Below are positions 27,867 to 36,433 of a stretch of DNA of 64,000 nucleotides, piece after piece; positions within the stretch are counted from its first letter, which is position 1, and every line of letters begins with the position of its first letter. The stretch lies in the IMG/VR virus record IMGVR_UViG_3300032030_000019. The stretch is one strand, 5' to 3'. Both the position numbers and the translations under genes were made by a program. The notes beneath the pieces were generated by a model, which made no database searches, was not told the origin of the DNA, and saw nothing but the letters and a program-made list of their open reading frames with translations. This DNA comes from a virus. Its lineage: Duplodnaviria > Heunggongvirae > Uroviricota > Caudoviricetes.

Positions 27867-28988
27867 TTATCCTTTCAAAACCATTCTAGCTTGTTCTGCA
27901 TTTTCAAAGATGCACTCCTTGCCGTTTATGATTATCTTAACTTTATTGTTAGAAGAAGTATTGTTGACTTTTACATCTACATTTACTTCAATCTTTGGTT
28001 CTGACGTTTCCTCAGGTTTAACACGGAACTCGAACCTCTCATCGTCAAAATACTCAGGTTTTATAGTTACCATTTTAATCCCAGGACAAAGATCTCCCCA
28101 TTCATTCGTTGAGCTTCGTCGTATCTGAATAGGCTTGTCCTCCTTGAAATACGCCCATTTAACCTCATAGTTTGGGTCGTAGTAGGCGAATCTATAGTAT
28201 CCTGCGCTACCTTGAAGACAAAAGGGATACACATCGCTCTCTGAGTAGTGTGATAGTGTGCCCATCTCGCTAGGTCCTTTATGATGAATCGCCCTTTGAA
28301 GGGTTTCTATATAATCACCACAAAACACTTTTTTCCCACGCAACACCTCATCCCATTCAAAATGTACGAATTTTGAATTGTATAAGTTCACTTCTTTTCT
28401 CTTTTCGGTGTTGTTCGTTTCAGTCATATTAACCTCCTTTTTTGGTCTCCTAGTTATAGCACAATCAGAATCGACTATTCCTTCCGGTCTAATCTCTAAC
28501 TGTGCGGGTATTGAAATATTTTTCAGGTTAGAACAACCAAAGAATACATGGCTACCAATACTTGTTACGCTATCGGGTATCGTGATACGAGTTAGACTGT
28601 TGCAATACTTGAATGCTAGATCACCTATATTCGTCACACTGTCAGGTATAACCACATTCATCAAACTGTAGCAGTCTCTGAATGCATTATCGCCTATGTT
28701 CATCACGCTGTCAGGCATCGTCACACTCGTCAAGCCAGTGCAGCCATAGAATGCATAGTCACCAACAATTGTTACTCCGTCCTTTATTACGACTGACTCA
28801 ATCTGCTGACACCCGTAGAATAGGAAATCGGGAACCACGCTATTCTTGCCCGTATTTATGACTACTTCCTTGATGTCATAATACCCCACTAGACCATTAT
28901 AAGCTGGTCCACTAACACCTTCGAACGACCAGATTACTAGCCGATCATCGTCTATACAGAAATCGTTCTTTATTCTAAGAATACCCAT
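27867..28988 (-). CDS. BspA-type leucine-rich-repeat protein
   Basis: tandem units of about 23 aa (IPDSVTNIGDLAFKYCNSLTRIT / IPDSVTSIGSHVFFGCSNLKNIS); start set at MGILRIK with AGGAGG 6 nt upstream. Confidence 0.7.
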   Translation of the reverse strand: MGILRIKNDFCIDDDRLVIWSFEGVSGPAYNGLVGYYDIKEVVINTGKNSVVPDFLFYGCQQIESVVIKDGVTIVGDYAFYGCTGLTSVTMPDSVMNIGDNAFRDCYSLMNVVIPDSVTNIGDLAFKYCNSLTRITIPDSVTSIGSHVFFGCSNLKNISIPAQLEIRPEGIVDSDCAITRRPKKEVNMTETNNTEKRKEVNLYNSKFVHFEWDEVLRGKKVFCGDYIETLQRAIHHKGPSEMGTLSHYSESDVYPFCLQGSAGYYRFAYYDPNYEVKWAYFKEDKPIQIRRSSTNEWGDLCPGIKMVTIKPEYFDDERFEFRVKPEETSEPKIEVNVDVKVNNTSSNNKVKIIINGKECIFENAEQARMVLKG

Positions 28989-29030
28989 TTTACGCCTCCT
29001 ATTGCTACGCAACCGTTTCGCTCACGCTCA

Positions 29031-29055
29031 TCGGTGCTAAAAAAATGGCAAAATT
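29031..29055 (-). promoter_or_regulatory. conserved intergenic motif (minus sense TTTTGCCATTTTTTTAGCACCGA), about 45 nt upstream of the LRR gene start
   Basis: shares the GGTGCTAAAAAA(A)TG(A/G)C core with 18204..18227; lies between a terminator and the next RBS. Confidence 0.4.
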
Positions 29056-29096
29056 ATGTGTTAAACAAAAAAAAACCTGACGTACATATAACATAC
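29055..29096 (-). terminator. rho-independent terminator after 29135..29674
   Basis: 8-bp stem CTGACGTA/TACGTCAG, loop tgtatgttatatg (nearly the same loop as the 21031 terminator), then GTTTTTTTTT. Confidence 0.65.
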
Positions 29097-29134
29097 ATAC
29101 GTCAGATCTGATTGATATAAAAACAGGAAGTTTG

Positions 29135-29548
29135 CTATGCCACGTCAGACATATCAACCTTTAAGGTATACTGAAATGTATTTTTCGTCCCAGCCGTGGT
29201 TCTCTTCATGACAAAATTCGACTGTGAGCTGTTTATGTCATTTAAGATCATTTCAAGCTCTTTGTCATCTTTGATCTCATGACCTGTGATGACGACTGTG
29301 CCACGGACGAAATAGTTGTTCCCCTCTCGGTCAAGGTTTTTATAACCCTTATCTTTGAGCTGCCTCTTAATATCCGCCAACGCCGCATTCAGAAAAGCTT
29401 GACGTTTGGCATTTATCATCACCTTTGCTTCGCCGAGAACATCACCAATAGTCACTATCTCTTGACATGACTTAATACGGTCATTCGGATTGAATTTCTT
29501 CTCTGTTTCATATTTTCTCATTTCGGTTGGTTTAAATTCATCAAACAT
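29135..29548 (-). CDS. hypothetical protein (about 137 aa)
   Basis: ORF; start moved to the internal Met (MFDEFKP) just after the upstream stop. Confidence 0.4.
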   Translation of the reverse strand: MFDEFKPTEMRKYETEKKFNPNDRIKSCQEIVTIGDVLGEAKVMINAKRQAFLNAALADIKRQLKDKGYKNLDREGNNYFVRGTVVITGHEIKDDKELEMILNDINSSQSNFVMKRTTAGTKNTFQYTLKVDMSDVA

Positions 29549-30245
29549 TTTGTGCCTCCTCTTTGCACTCTGCTCGAAATGCCTTAATCTGTTCGGGCGT
29601 AAATCCAATACTCTGAAGCTCCTGATCTGAAAACGCATCCCCATTGTACTTAATCGTACCCGTTTTCTGATCATACGTACCTTTACTTTTAGGAATTATA
29701 TGAAGACACACTTCCCCATATATTTCCTTGTTAAAATGCCCTGCAACCCACGTCCACGGGATAATGTGGGGTACCTGTCCCCTATAATCAAGTAACCACG
29801 TTGACGGTTTATCCTCGTGGTACATGCAATAGAAGTACGGAGTACCCTGCACGCTTGCCCACGTAAAAAGATACGTAGCTTTTGCGTCCTCCCAAATTAT
29901 GTTCGTTACGCGGTCTTCGACACCTAACGTAACCACTTTTGGGGTAGACGTGACGGGGATAAGTTGGGGTGTCATAATCAATACGTCACCCATTTTGAGC
30001 TTTGTTGCCTCTGTAAAGGGCTCTTGAGGCAACTGATCACCGAAAAGGTCTTCGAATAATGGTTTTTCTTTTACCACTTTTCGTAAAAACTTTGGCTTAT
30101 TCCGTTCAATCTCTTTATCCCATTTCTTCTTCTTTGCCATGGCAGCTTTGTATTTGCGTTCCTGTTCCATGGCTTCCTCACGTTGAGCCTTTTCCCAACG
30201 TTCTTTTACCTCACGTGGGGATAAGGTTTGTTGTACATCGCTCAT
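29541..30245 (-). CDS. hypothetical protein (234 aa)
   Basis: ORF. Confidence 0.45.
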   Translation of the reverse strand: MSDVQQTLSPREVKERWEKAQREEAMEQERKYKAAMAKKKKWDKEIERNKPKFLRKVVKEKPLFEDLFGDQLPQEPFTEATKLKMGDVLIMTPQLIPVTSTPKVVTLGVEDRVTNIIWEDAKATYLFTWASVQGTPYFYCMYHEDKPSTWLLDYRGQVPHIIPWTWVAGHFNKEIYGEVCLHIIPKSKGTYDQKTGTIKYNGDAFSDQELQSIGFTPEQIKAFRAECKEEAQNV

Positions 30246-30394
30246 TTGTACCTCCTATTTTATTTCGATTCCGATCTGTTGAAACCAAATATCGGAATTC
30301 AATTCATACTGATATGTTCTTGTGCGTGGGTGTTCTACATTCCACGCCATCTACTCCAGTAGAACCTCGATCTGCATATCGATTTGCTTGTTTG

Positions 30395-30655
30395 TCATAT
30401 TGTCTCCTTATCTGCCGAACATGTCTTGCTATCCGTAATTTTTGTTGAGAGAACACCAGCTTGGAAAATATTATTGTAAACATAATCGGCTATTTCTAGA
30501 CTATTCTTGAAACCAGCCTGTTTACAAATATTCTCTAATAATGAGGCAGTCACCTTCTTATGTCTAGTTAATAACCGCTCCTTATACTCTGGCGAATCCT
30601 CATCTACATAAGGTTGAATTTCCTCAATGATTTTTACTACATCTATTGCGTCCAT
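30395..30655 (-). CDS. hypothetical protein (86 aa)
   Basis: AAGGAGG SD 5 nt upstream; preceded by the conserved motif and a terminator. Confidence 0.45.
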   Translation of the reverse strand: MDAIDVVKIIEEIQPYVDEDSPEYKERLLTRHKKVTASLLENICKQAGFKNSLEIADYVYNNIFQAGVLSTKITDSKTCSADKETI

Positions 30656-30672
30656 CTTAGCCTCCTTATACT

Positions 30673-30726
30673 AAAAAAAATGGCGAAAAAAAGAATCCCA
30701 ACAAACTTCGTGAAAAGCTGTTGGGG
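30673..30726 (-). terminator. rho-independent terminator after 30745..31170
   Basis: stem CCCCAACA/TGTTGGG, then ATTCTTTTTTTCGCCATTTTTTTT. Confidence 0.55.
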
Positions 30727-30744
30727 TCTAAGAAAGAAAAATAA

Positions 30745-31170
30745 TTAGAGTCTGTCGTGCAGGAGGCATGCTAATCGTAAGAACATGCACTGCTCGACGT
30801 CAGGGTGAAACTCAGGATGACGTGGATTCGGCGTTAACACATCACGTAACGCACGCTCGACGACGTCCCATGTTATCATGTCCCATGTTACGTCTTCGTC
30901 AGGTGCATCGATGAACGTCTTTACACACGTACTAAAATACGTCTGCCCGCACGTATCCATGACACGTAGGGCGAACGATACGTCTTCGTCCGTGGGTAAA
31001 TAGTCACGTAGGGCCCAAATCCAATCCTCCATTTCCTTCTTCCCCTGCTCTATTATTTTCTCTTTCCTAGAATCACTTCTCGCCAAAATCTCCCGATGAA
31101 CCTGTTCCTGAAGACGATCAAGAGAGTCGTCATCTAGGTTTTTAATATCAACCTTCAAGTCTTCGCTCAT
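30745..31170 (-). CDS. hypothetical protein (141 aa)
   Basis: ORF; terminator hairpin 20 nt downstream. Confidence 0.45.
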   Translation of the reverse strand: MSEDLKVDIKNLDDDSLDRLQEQVHREILARSDSRKEKIIEQGKKEMEDWIWALRDYLPTDEDVSFALRVMDTCGQTYFSTCVKTFIDAPDEDVTWDMITWDVVERALRDVLTPNPRHPEFHPDVEQCMFLRLACLLHDRL

Positions 31171-31396
31171 AAAGAGCCTCCTTTTGGGCTGATACCTTCT
31201 TGTTGTAGAGGTACCATACGAGAGCCTCTAGAATATTGAATAGGAGGAGTGCAGCGAAGGATATACCTAAGCCTATCCAACTCCACTTTACTGTTGCCCA
31301 TATCATTACGGCTAATTGCCACAATGCATGGAAAACATTCAAACAAATACTGAGTATCAGCGCCCAGTAAACGCTTTTGATAAATTTTAAGATCAT
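31148..31396 (-). CDS. small membrane protein (about 82 aa)
   Basis: start at MILKFIK with AAGGAGG SD; 2-3 TM helices (WALILSICLNVFHALWQLAVMIW; GLGISFAALLLFNIL). Confidence 0.4.
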   Translation of the reverse strand: MILKFIKSVYWALILSICLNVFHALWQLAVMIWATVKWSWIGLGISFAALLLFNILEALVWYLYNKKVSAQKEALYERRLEG

Positions 31397-31511
31397 TTTT
31401 AACCTCCTTTGATCTGAAAAACAATAAATAAACAGAGGAATATGTAAGAAGGAGTCAAAATACAAGTGGAGTAAATGGAGCTCACATATCCTCTGAATTT
31501 AACCACACACA

Positions 31512-31973
31512 CTACTTATTGGCCTTGAACTTCATCTCGCCTTTTATATCAAGGCTAGACTCCATTCCCCGGACTGCGTCAGCGAACTTAAGCAGCCGAT
31601 ACTCGTATCCGGAGAAATCGACGTCATTGCTGCGACCTACAAGATCCCAGTATTCGTCGTTTTCCCATTCCCATATAATCTCTGCTGCCGTCTTAATGAG
31701 ACCTCTTTTGAACGCCTCATACATTACTTCCCCGTATGGGCCTGTTATTTCATCATCAGAATCCCATACCCGAAGTTTGTACTGGTCTGGCCCGAGTCGA
31801 TACAGATCGAGCCAATCTCCAGTCATGGCTTTTGTTGCAATCCCTACACCTCCTTCCTTCATGGGCTCAAAGCCCGGTACTTTCTTCATCTCTTCTCGAA
31901 ATTCCGAAAGAGTCCCCTTCATAATCCGAACCATCTTCCCACTTTTCTTGTTAAAAATTTTGATGTCAATCAT
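31512..31973 (-). CDS. hypothetical protein (about 153 aa)
   Basis: start at MIDIKIF with AAGGAG 6 nt upstream. Confidence 0.45.
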   Translation of the reverse strand: MIDIKIFNKKSGKMVRIMKGTLSEFREEMKKVPGFEPMKEGGVGIATKAMTGDWLDLYRLGPDQYKLRVWDSDDEITGPYGEVMYEAFKRGLIKTAAEIIWEWENDEYWDLVGRSNDVDFSGYEYRLLKFADAVRGMESSLDIKGEMKFKANK

Positions 31974-32097
31974 TTGTGTCTCCTTATATATGAAATTACC
32001 AATAAAAGCGGACGTGAGGCTAACGTTGTGCAACACACATGTCGTCTCACGTCCTATTGATTATTCAAAGTTCACATTAAAGCCATTACGTTTAGCC

Positions 32098-32129
32098 AAA
32101 AAATGGCGAAAAAATGGCGAAAAAAAAAT
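32098..32129 (-). promoter_or_regulatory. tandem duplicated AAAATGGCGAAAA motif (plus-strand sense), iteron-like
   Basis: caaaaaatggcgaaaaaatggcgaaaaaaaaa; a third copy at 32336..32356. Confidence 0.4.
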
Positions 32130-32158
32130 TTCTGACGTAATCATGGTCATTACGTCAG
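32119..32158 (-). terminator. strong rho-independent terminator at the end of the structured non-coding island
   Basis: 10-bp stem CTGACGTAAT/ATTACGTCAG, 7-nt loop, followed by AAATTTTTTTTT. Confidence 0.7.
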
Positions 32159-32335
32159 ATAAGAAAAAGAAAATGCCAACGTCAATGCGTAATACAAAAA
32201 TATTTGGGGAGGTTGTACTACTATGAGCTGACGTAACGTTTAGGGTAATACGTACACAACATACGTAGGGGACGTTACGCCAACATGCGCATTAACGTTG
32301 GCATATATTTTTATCTTCTCGCCATCCTTACGTAG

Positions 32336-32356
32336 TGTAAAAAATGGCGAAAATAT
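32336..32356 (-). promoter_or_regulatory. third copy of the AAAATGGCGAAAA motif
   Basis: gtaaaaaatggcgaaaatat inside the structured non-coding island. Confidence 0.35.
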
Positions 32357-32505
32357 ATCCTCTGCTTACGCTTCGGATACACGTCTCGGGTTATGTCCTT
32401 GACGTCAGAATCCAGGTGGGTTACACGTACAACTTCCCCTGGACGGAAGTCATACGTGATGGGCCTTGCACCCATACGTCCTCATGCCCACGAATGGCTG
32501 ACGTA

Positions 32506-32841
32506 TTAGTACGTGAATCGTGTCACGCCTAAGATACGTCCACCCTCGTCTCGTACAGCAGTCTTACCTGTGTCAGGACATATAACGTCCTCACGTTCAG
32601 CAAGACCATCTTTAACGAGTCGGCTTACGACGTACATTACACCTTCTTCTGGTGTTGGAACGCCTTCAGCCTCACCAAAGACTGTACGAGCGAGAGTTGT
32701 GCCATTTACTTCGCCAACGATTTCCTCGCTTACGGCACGTCTTGCGACGTTACCTGATGTGGGGATCTCGTATGCAATCTCACCATCCTTGTAGATTGTG
32801 AGGGCATGCGGAGTCAAATTCACAAAACGGATTTCGCTCAT
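32506..32841 (-). CDS. hypothetical protein (111 aa) in a GC-richer island flanked by long non-coding regions
   Basis: ORF with ACGT-rich codon usage; flanked by about 350 nt of non-coding DNA on each side. Confidence 0.45.
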   Translation of the reverse strand: MSEIRFVNLTPHALTIYKDGEIAYEIPTSGNVARRAVSEEIVGEVNGTTLARTVFGEAEGVPTPEEGVMYVVSRLVKDGLAEREDVICPDTGKTAVRDEGGRILGVTRFTY

Positions 32842-33144
32842 TTTGCTTATCCGTGAGCCTTTTTACCGTTGCTCAGGGTCTAGTGTAGGATCAACCTCAA
32901 TCTCTGGTCGGATAACCATCAATGTATTAGTATTAGCTCAACAAGCTTTCACCTACTCCCGTCTGCTTTTGATTTGTTCAGGATGTACAGCTTCAACCTG
33001 AGGACCCGTCTTCGTTGACTTTTTTCAGATCAACGCCCTGAAATGGGTGGTCCTTTAAAATAGTGCCCCTACATAATAATACACGTGCGTACACACGTAA
33101 CGAGACCGCGGGCAAACAATCTCTTGTATTATTATTCATATATG

Positions 33145-33182
33145 AGTGTTTTAAGTAAATTTTTGTGCTTACTCAAAACACT
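33145..33182 (-). promoter_or_regulatory. near-perfect 14-bp palindrome/hairpin just 3' of 33190..33948
   Basis: AGTGTTTTAAGTAA-atttttgtgc-TTACTCAAAACACT; no U-tract follows, so it may be an operator or RNA structure rather than a terminator. Confidence 0.4.
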
Positions 33183-33189
33183 TATGATT

Positions 33190-33948
33190 TTACATGTACT
33201 TGTCATCCTCCTCTTCTACAGGAGGATCCTCGTGACAAGCCTCGGGGGTTCTGTCGATGATGGCCTGATTGGCCTCACGACAGGCTTCGACAGTACTATA
33301 ATAGGTACCGTCTAGGGCGAAATGTGGGCCGTCGTCATCCCACTTACTGTACCCGTTCATGAATACATCCTGTCTGAATGTATTCGCGACCTGCCTCTCG
33401 TATGGGGAGTTTTCTTTCCCCTCGAATATCCCCGACACTCCTTCAGAGGAAATCTCAGGCTCTTCAAGGGAGTCGTTGATTATCTGATACACTCGCCCTT
33501 CTTCAGGGGTGTATCCTTCGAGATCAGCGGGATGATATAACTTCCATCCCATTGCATCTACCAAGATCTGAATCAAATCAGGAAGAAACATTTTTATCCC
33601 TTCATTAAATTTTCCTGCTGAAGAGATGTGCAGCGAATCCCTGAACTGCCATCCAAATGGCGTCCAGGTAAAGATTTTGTGATCTACGCACCCGGACATC
33701 CCGTGACGAACCGACAATTTAATGGCATCATGTCTTTTATAAGACTTGATACAGTTAAAGATTACATCCCGAATTTCAGGGATGGCGATCACGTAATCCA
33801 GATCTACCTGGTCCAAAGCAACGCCTTTCAGCGTTGCAATGGTAATAGTCGGAGCGTCGCTTTCCGACCATGTTTTCGATAATGCGACACCAATCAGTGT
33901 CTTTTTAACTATTATATCATTATTTTTAACATTAACCTGAATTTTCAT
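33190..33948 (-). CDS. hypothetical protein (252 aa)
   Basis: ORF; strong palindrome right after the stop. Confidence 0.45.
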   Translation of the reverse strand: MKIQVNVKNNDIIVKKTLIGVALSKTWSESDAPTITIATLKGVALDQVDLDYVIAIPEIRDVIFNCIKSYKRHDAIKLSVRHGMSGCVDHKIFTWTPFGWQFRDSLHISSAGKFNEGIKMFLPDLIQILVDAMGWKLYHPADLEGYTPEEGRVYQIINDSLEEPEISSEGVSGIFEGKENSPYERQVANTFRQDVFMNGYSKWDDDGPHFALDGTYYSTVEACREANQAIIDRTPEACHEDPPVEEEDDKYM

Positions 33949-34104
33949 TTTTGTGTCCTTTCCTTATCTTTTTACAACTTTGGGCTGTTGTTTCGATTTT
34001 TTTGGTTCGTAATTACCGACATCCTTGTCAGATAACCACTTAAGCCCTTGCAACCTATAGGGCATTTTTCAGGATCAAGATAATAAGTCTTCTTCATACG
34101 AATA

Positions 34105-35340
34105 TCAACCTCTTGTCCCTTCAGCAAATCTATTTTTTTTAATATGCACTCTTTTCGGAAATGCATTTTCCCCGATTAATACTCCACTGGGTATAGTTAC
34201 ACTCGTCAGTTGAGTACAATCCTCGAATGCATAATCACCAATGCTCATTACACTGTCAGGTATTGTTACACTCGTCAGTCTGCTACAACACAAGAATGCA
34301 CCACTGCCTATGTCTGTCACGCTGTTACCTATTGTTACACTCGTCAGACCATCACAGCCACTGAATGCATAATCACCTATGCTTGTCACGCTGTCAGGTA
34401 TTGTTACACTCGTCAGACCATCACAGCCACTGAATGCATAATCACCTATGCTTGTCACGCTGTCAGGTATTGTTATGCTCGTCAGACCGATACAGCCACT
34501 GAATGCATAATCACCTATGCTTGTCACATTACTCGGTATCGTCACACTCGTCAGGCCGCTGCAGTTATAGAATGCATGGCTGCCTATGCTCGTCACACTG
34601 TCTCCTATCGTCACACTCGTCAGACCATCACAGCCACTGAATGCATAATCACCTATGCTTGTCACACTGTCAGGTATTGTTATACTCGTCAGACTACTAC
34701 AACCGTTGAATGCATGGTTGCTTATACTCGTCACGCTGTCAGGAATAATCAAGTCTGTAACAAGCTTTCCATCCACCTCAAGTTGGTAGGTGAAATTAAA
34801 AGGCCAAGGAGCCCAGTGAATGTGACACCATTGCTCGATAGTCCCCTTATATTTTATTAGGAGGGACTGATTTAACAATGCATTCTCCCCAATATAGCTA
34901 ACAGTATCTGGGATCACGACACTGTCATTTTTCATATATGAGATCAATCCAAAGGGTAGATACACAATCCCTTTCATGAAGACCTTGTATCTTTTTTCCT
35001 CAAACTTGGGGCCTTCATCCTTGTCCCAACCGAGGCTATTTACTTCCTTGACCTCTTGAAGATACTCATCCAGGATCTGGGTATCATTTAAAACATAATC
35101 CTTCCACTCTATTACATTGGAGTATGGAAGTTTGTATCTGTTTTTATAGAGGAGTCCCCAATTATACTCCTCAAGGTTTTGATGTTTTGCCCTGTTCATT
35201 ACAGAGAGAGCAGTGGTTCTGTTAATTGTCTCCATCTTTTGGATCTTGGCTTTTTCTTTGTCAAACTCCTTCATACCCGGCGTCCTCCTTAACAAACACT
35301 TACGTCCGACATAACGCAAGAGAGGTTTTACGGAACCCAT
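34105..35340 (-). CDS. BspA-type leucine-rich-repeat protein with near-identical tandem repeats
   Basis: at least 9 consecutive units of 23 aa (IPDSVTSIGDYAFSGCDGLTSVT) encoded by near-identical 69-bp repeats. Confidence 0.7.
   Translation of the reverse strand: MGSVKPLLRYVGRKCLLRRTPGMKEFDKEKAKIQKMETINRTTALSVMNRAKHQNLEEYNWGLLYKNRYKLPYSNVIEWKDYVLNDTQILDEYLQEVKEVNSLGWDKDEGPKFEEKRYKVFMKGIVYLPFGLISYMKNDSVVIPDTVSYIGENALLNQSLLIKYKGTIEQWCHIHWAPWPFNFTYQLEVDGKLVTDLIIPDSVTSISNHAFNGCSSLTSITIPDSVTSIGDYAFSGCDGLTSVTIGDSVTSIGSHAFYNCSGLTSVTIPSNVTSIGDYAFSGCIGLTSITIPDSVTSIGDYAFSGCDGLTSVTIPDSVTSIGDYAFSGCDGLTSVTIGNSVTDIGSGAFLCCSRLTSVTIPDSVMSIGDYAFEDCTQLTSVTIPSGVLIGENAFPKRVHIKKNRFAEGTRG
34190..34770 (-). repeat. 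69-bp near-identical tandem repeats (coding; LRR units)
   Basis: e.g. ccatcacagccactgaatgcataatcacctatgcttgtcac... recurs almost verbatim at a 69-nt period; this also explains the spurious plus-strand ORF 34210..34860. Confidence 0.8.
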
Positions 35341-35369
35341 ACGTACTCACCTCTACAAGTACGCACGGG

Positions 35370-36059
35370 TTAGAGACGAATCACATGATAGGGTCGTATC
35401 AAGTCCTTAAACTCTTCCGACTCTATCATTTCAATAAACCCCTCACTCATCTCCTCTATGAGAGGTTTACCCGTTCGTCCGATAATCTCCGCAGTAGCCG
35501 AACGGTCTTCACCACTGCGGATAGCCTCACGCACACGCTCTCGGCATAATTCAGAGTCGCGTGAGGCTGTTTCGAGAATTACGAAGATTGGTTCGTAGCC
35601 ATAGGCCAAAACCATCTCGAGCTCATCCCGAATACCCTGAAGCCAAAGGTGAGTTTCGCTGAGGTAGATGCCTCGCTCACCGAAAGACATCTCCCTACGG
35701 AGGAAGTGATGACACAGATCAAACACCTCCGCGTTCCTTGTTTGATCTGAGACTGAACCAGTACAAATCCGTCGAATCGCGTCTGGTTCAATCATTACAG
35801 AATTCACGAAGCGGGTCTCATGGAGGTAATTCTTCCCTGCCCCGCTAATACCAACAGGGAAGACAACTATGCGAGTTGCTGGGACAAATGCCGTATCCCA
35901 TCCGTAGGAACGGAGAGGGTTCTCTGTATGTCCCATGTAGTGAATCACCCACGTAAGTCCACTACTTAACTCACTGAGCTTGTATCGAATTTGGGTTACC
36001 TCAAACCCATTTCGACGCTGTTTTTGAATCCACAGCTGGATATCTTTCGGGTGTTTCAT
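35370..36059 (-). CDS. P-loop kinase, polynucleotide-kinase-like (AAA_33 family)
   Basis: VVFPVGISGAGKNYL (Walker A) followed by SVMIEPDAIRR resembles the T4 Pnk kinase N-terminus (TIGCPGSGKST...NRDDYRQ). Confidence 0.5.
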   Translation of the reverse strand: MKHPKDIQLWIQKQRRNGFEVTQIRYKLSELSSGLTWVIHYMGHTENPLRSYGWDTAFVPATRIVVFPVGISGAGKNYLHETRFVNSVMIEPDAIRRICTGSVSDQTRNAEVFDLCHHFLRREMSFGERGIYLSETHLWLQGIRDELEMVLAYGYEPIFVILETASRDSELCRERVREAIRSGEDRSATAEIIGRTGKPLIEEMSEGFIEMIESEEFKDLIRPYHVIRL

Positions 36060-36165
36060 GATACCTCCTTCATGCCCAAAAATTCAGTATATACAAAGGG
36101 GCAATCAATCTCTTTATATATACTTCAATAATGAGAATTTTAAGTATATTTTTGATCCATGGTAT

Positions 36166-36200
36166 TTTTGACGAAAAAAAAGTACCCCTCAAAAGAGGGA
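36166..36200 (-). terminator. rho-independent terminator after 36215..36424
   Basis: stem CCCTC-TTTT-GAGGG, then TACTTTTTTTTTCGTCA. Confidence 0.55.
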
Positions 36201-36214
36201 TAACTTTCTAAACA

Positions 36215-36424
36215 TTACGCAGACCAAAGTGCGAAATCGTTGTCCATTCCACATTGCCCACGTTCGAAATACGTACACTCACCTGATTGCCCACGTACGC
36301 ACGTAGAACAATCACGCGACGTATTCCTGTCTGCCTCATCGTATGCAAACTCGTCCTCATCGTTAAAGTCGACATTAGAAAAGTTTACGCCATGACTATC
36401 CAAATCACGATTATCAATATACAT
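36215..36424 (-). CDS. small Cys-rich protein (69 aa)
   Basis: CSTCVRGQSGECTYFERGQCG. Confidence 0.35.
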   Translation of the reverse strand: MYIDNRDLDSHGVNFSNVDFNDEDEFAYDEADRNTSRDCSTCVRGQSGECTYFERGQCGMDNDFALWSA

Positions 36425-36433
36425 ATGTACACC

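Noticed and set aside
31519-32226. 235-aa plus-strand ORF
   Set aside because: It is Ser/Pro-rich and low-complexity, runs antisense to a well-formed minus-strand gene with a good RBS, and continues into the non-coding island. Every other credible gene is on the minus strand.
32842-33189. tRNA gene in the non-coding stretch
   Set aside because: I found no GGTTCGAATCC-like T-arm, no D-arm (TAGCTCAG-like) and no cloverleaf by eye on either strand. This needs tRNAscan-SE before anything is claimed.
34190-34770. Possible CRISPR array suggested by regular near-identical repeats
   Set aside because: The repeats are directly adjacent with no unique spacers, they are coding (LRR units) in a long ORF, and no cas genes are present.
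34210-34860. 216-aa plus-strand ORF (Cys/Thr/Tyr-rich repeats)
   Set aside because: It is the antisense shadow of the 69-bp LRR tandem repeats, with a repetitive, non-protein-like composition. The minus-strand LRR reading is the coherent one.
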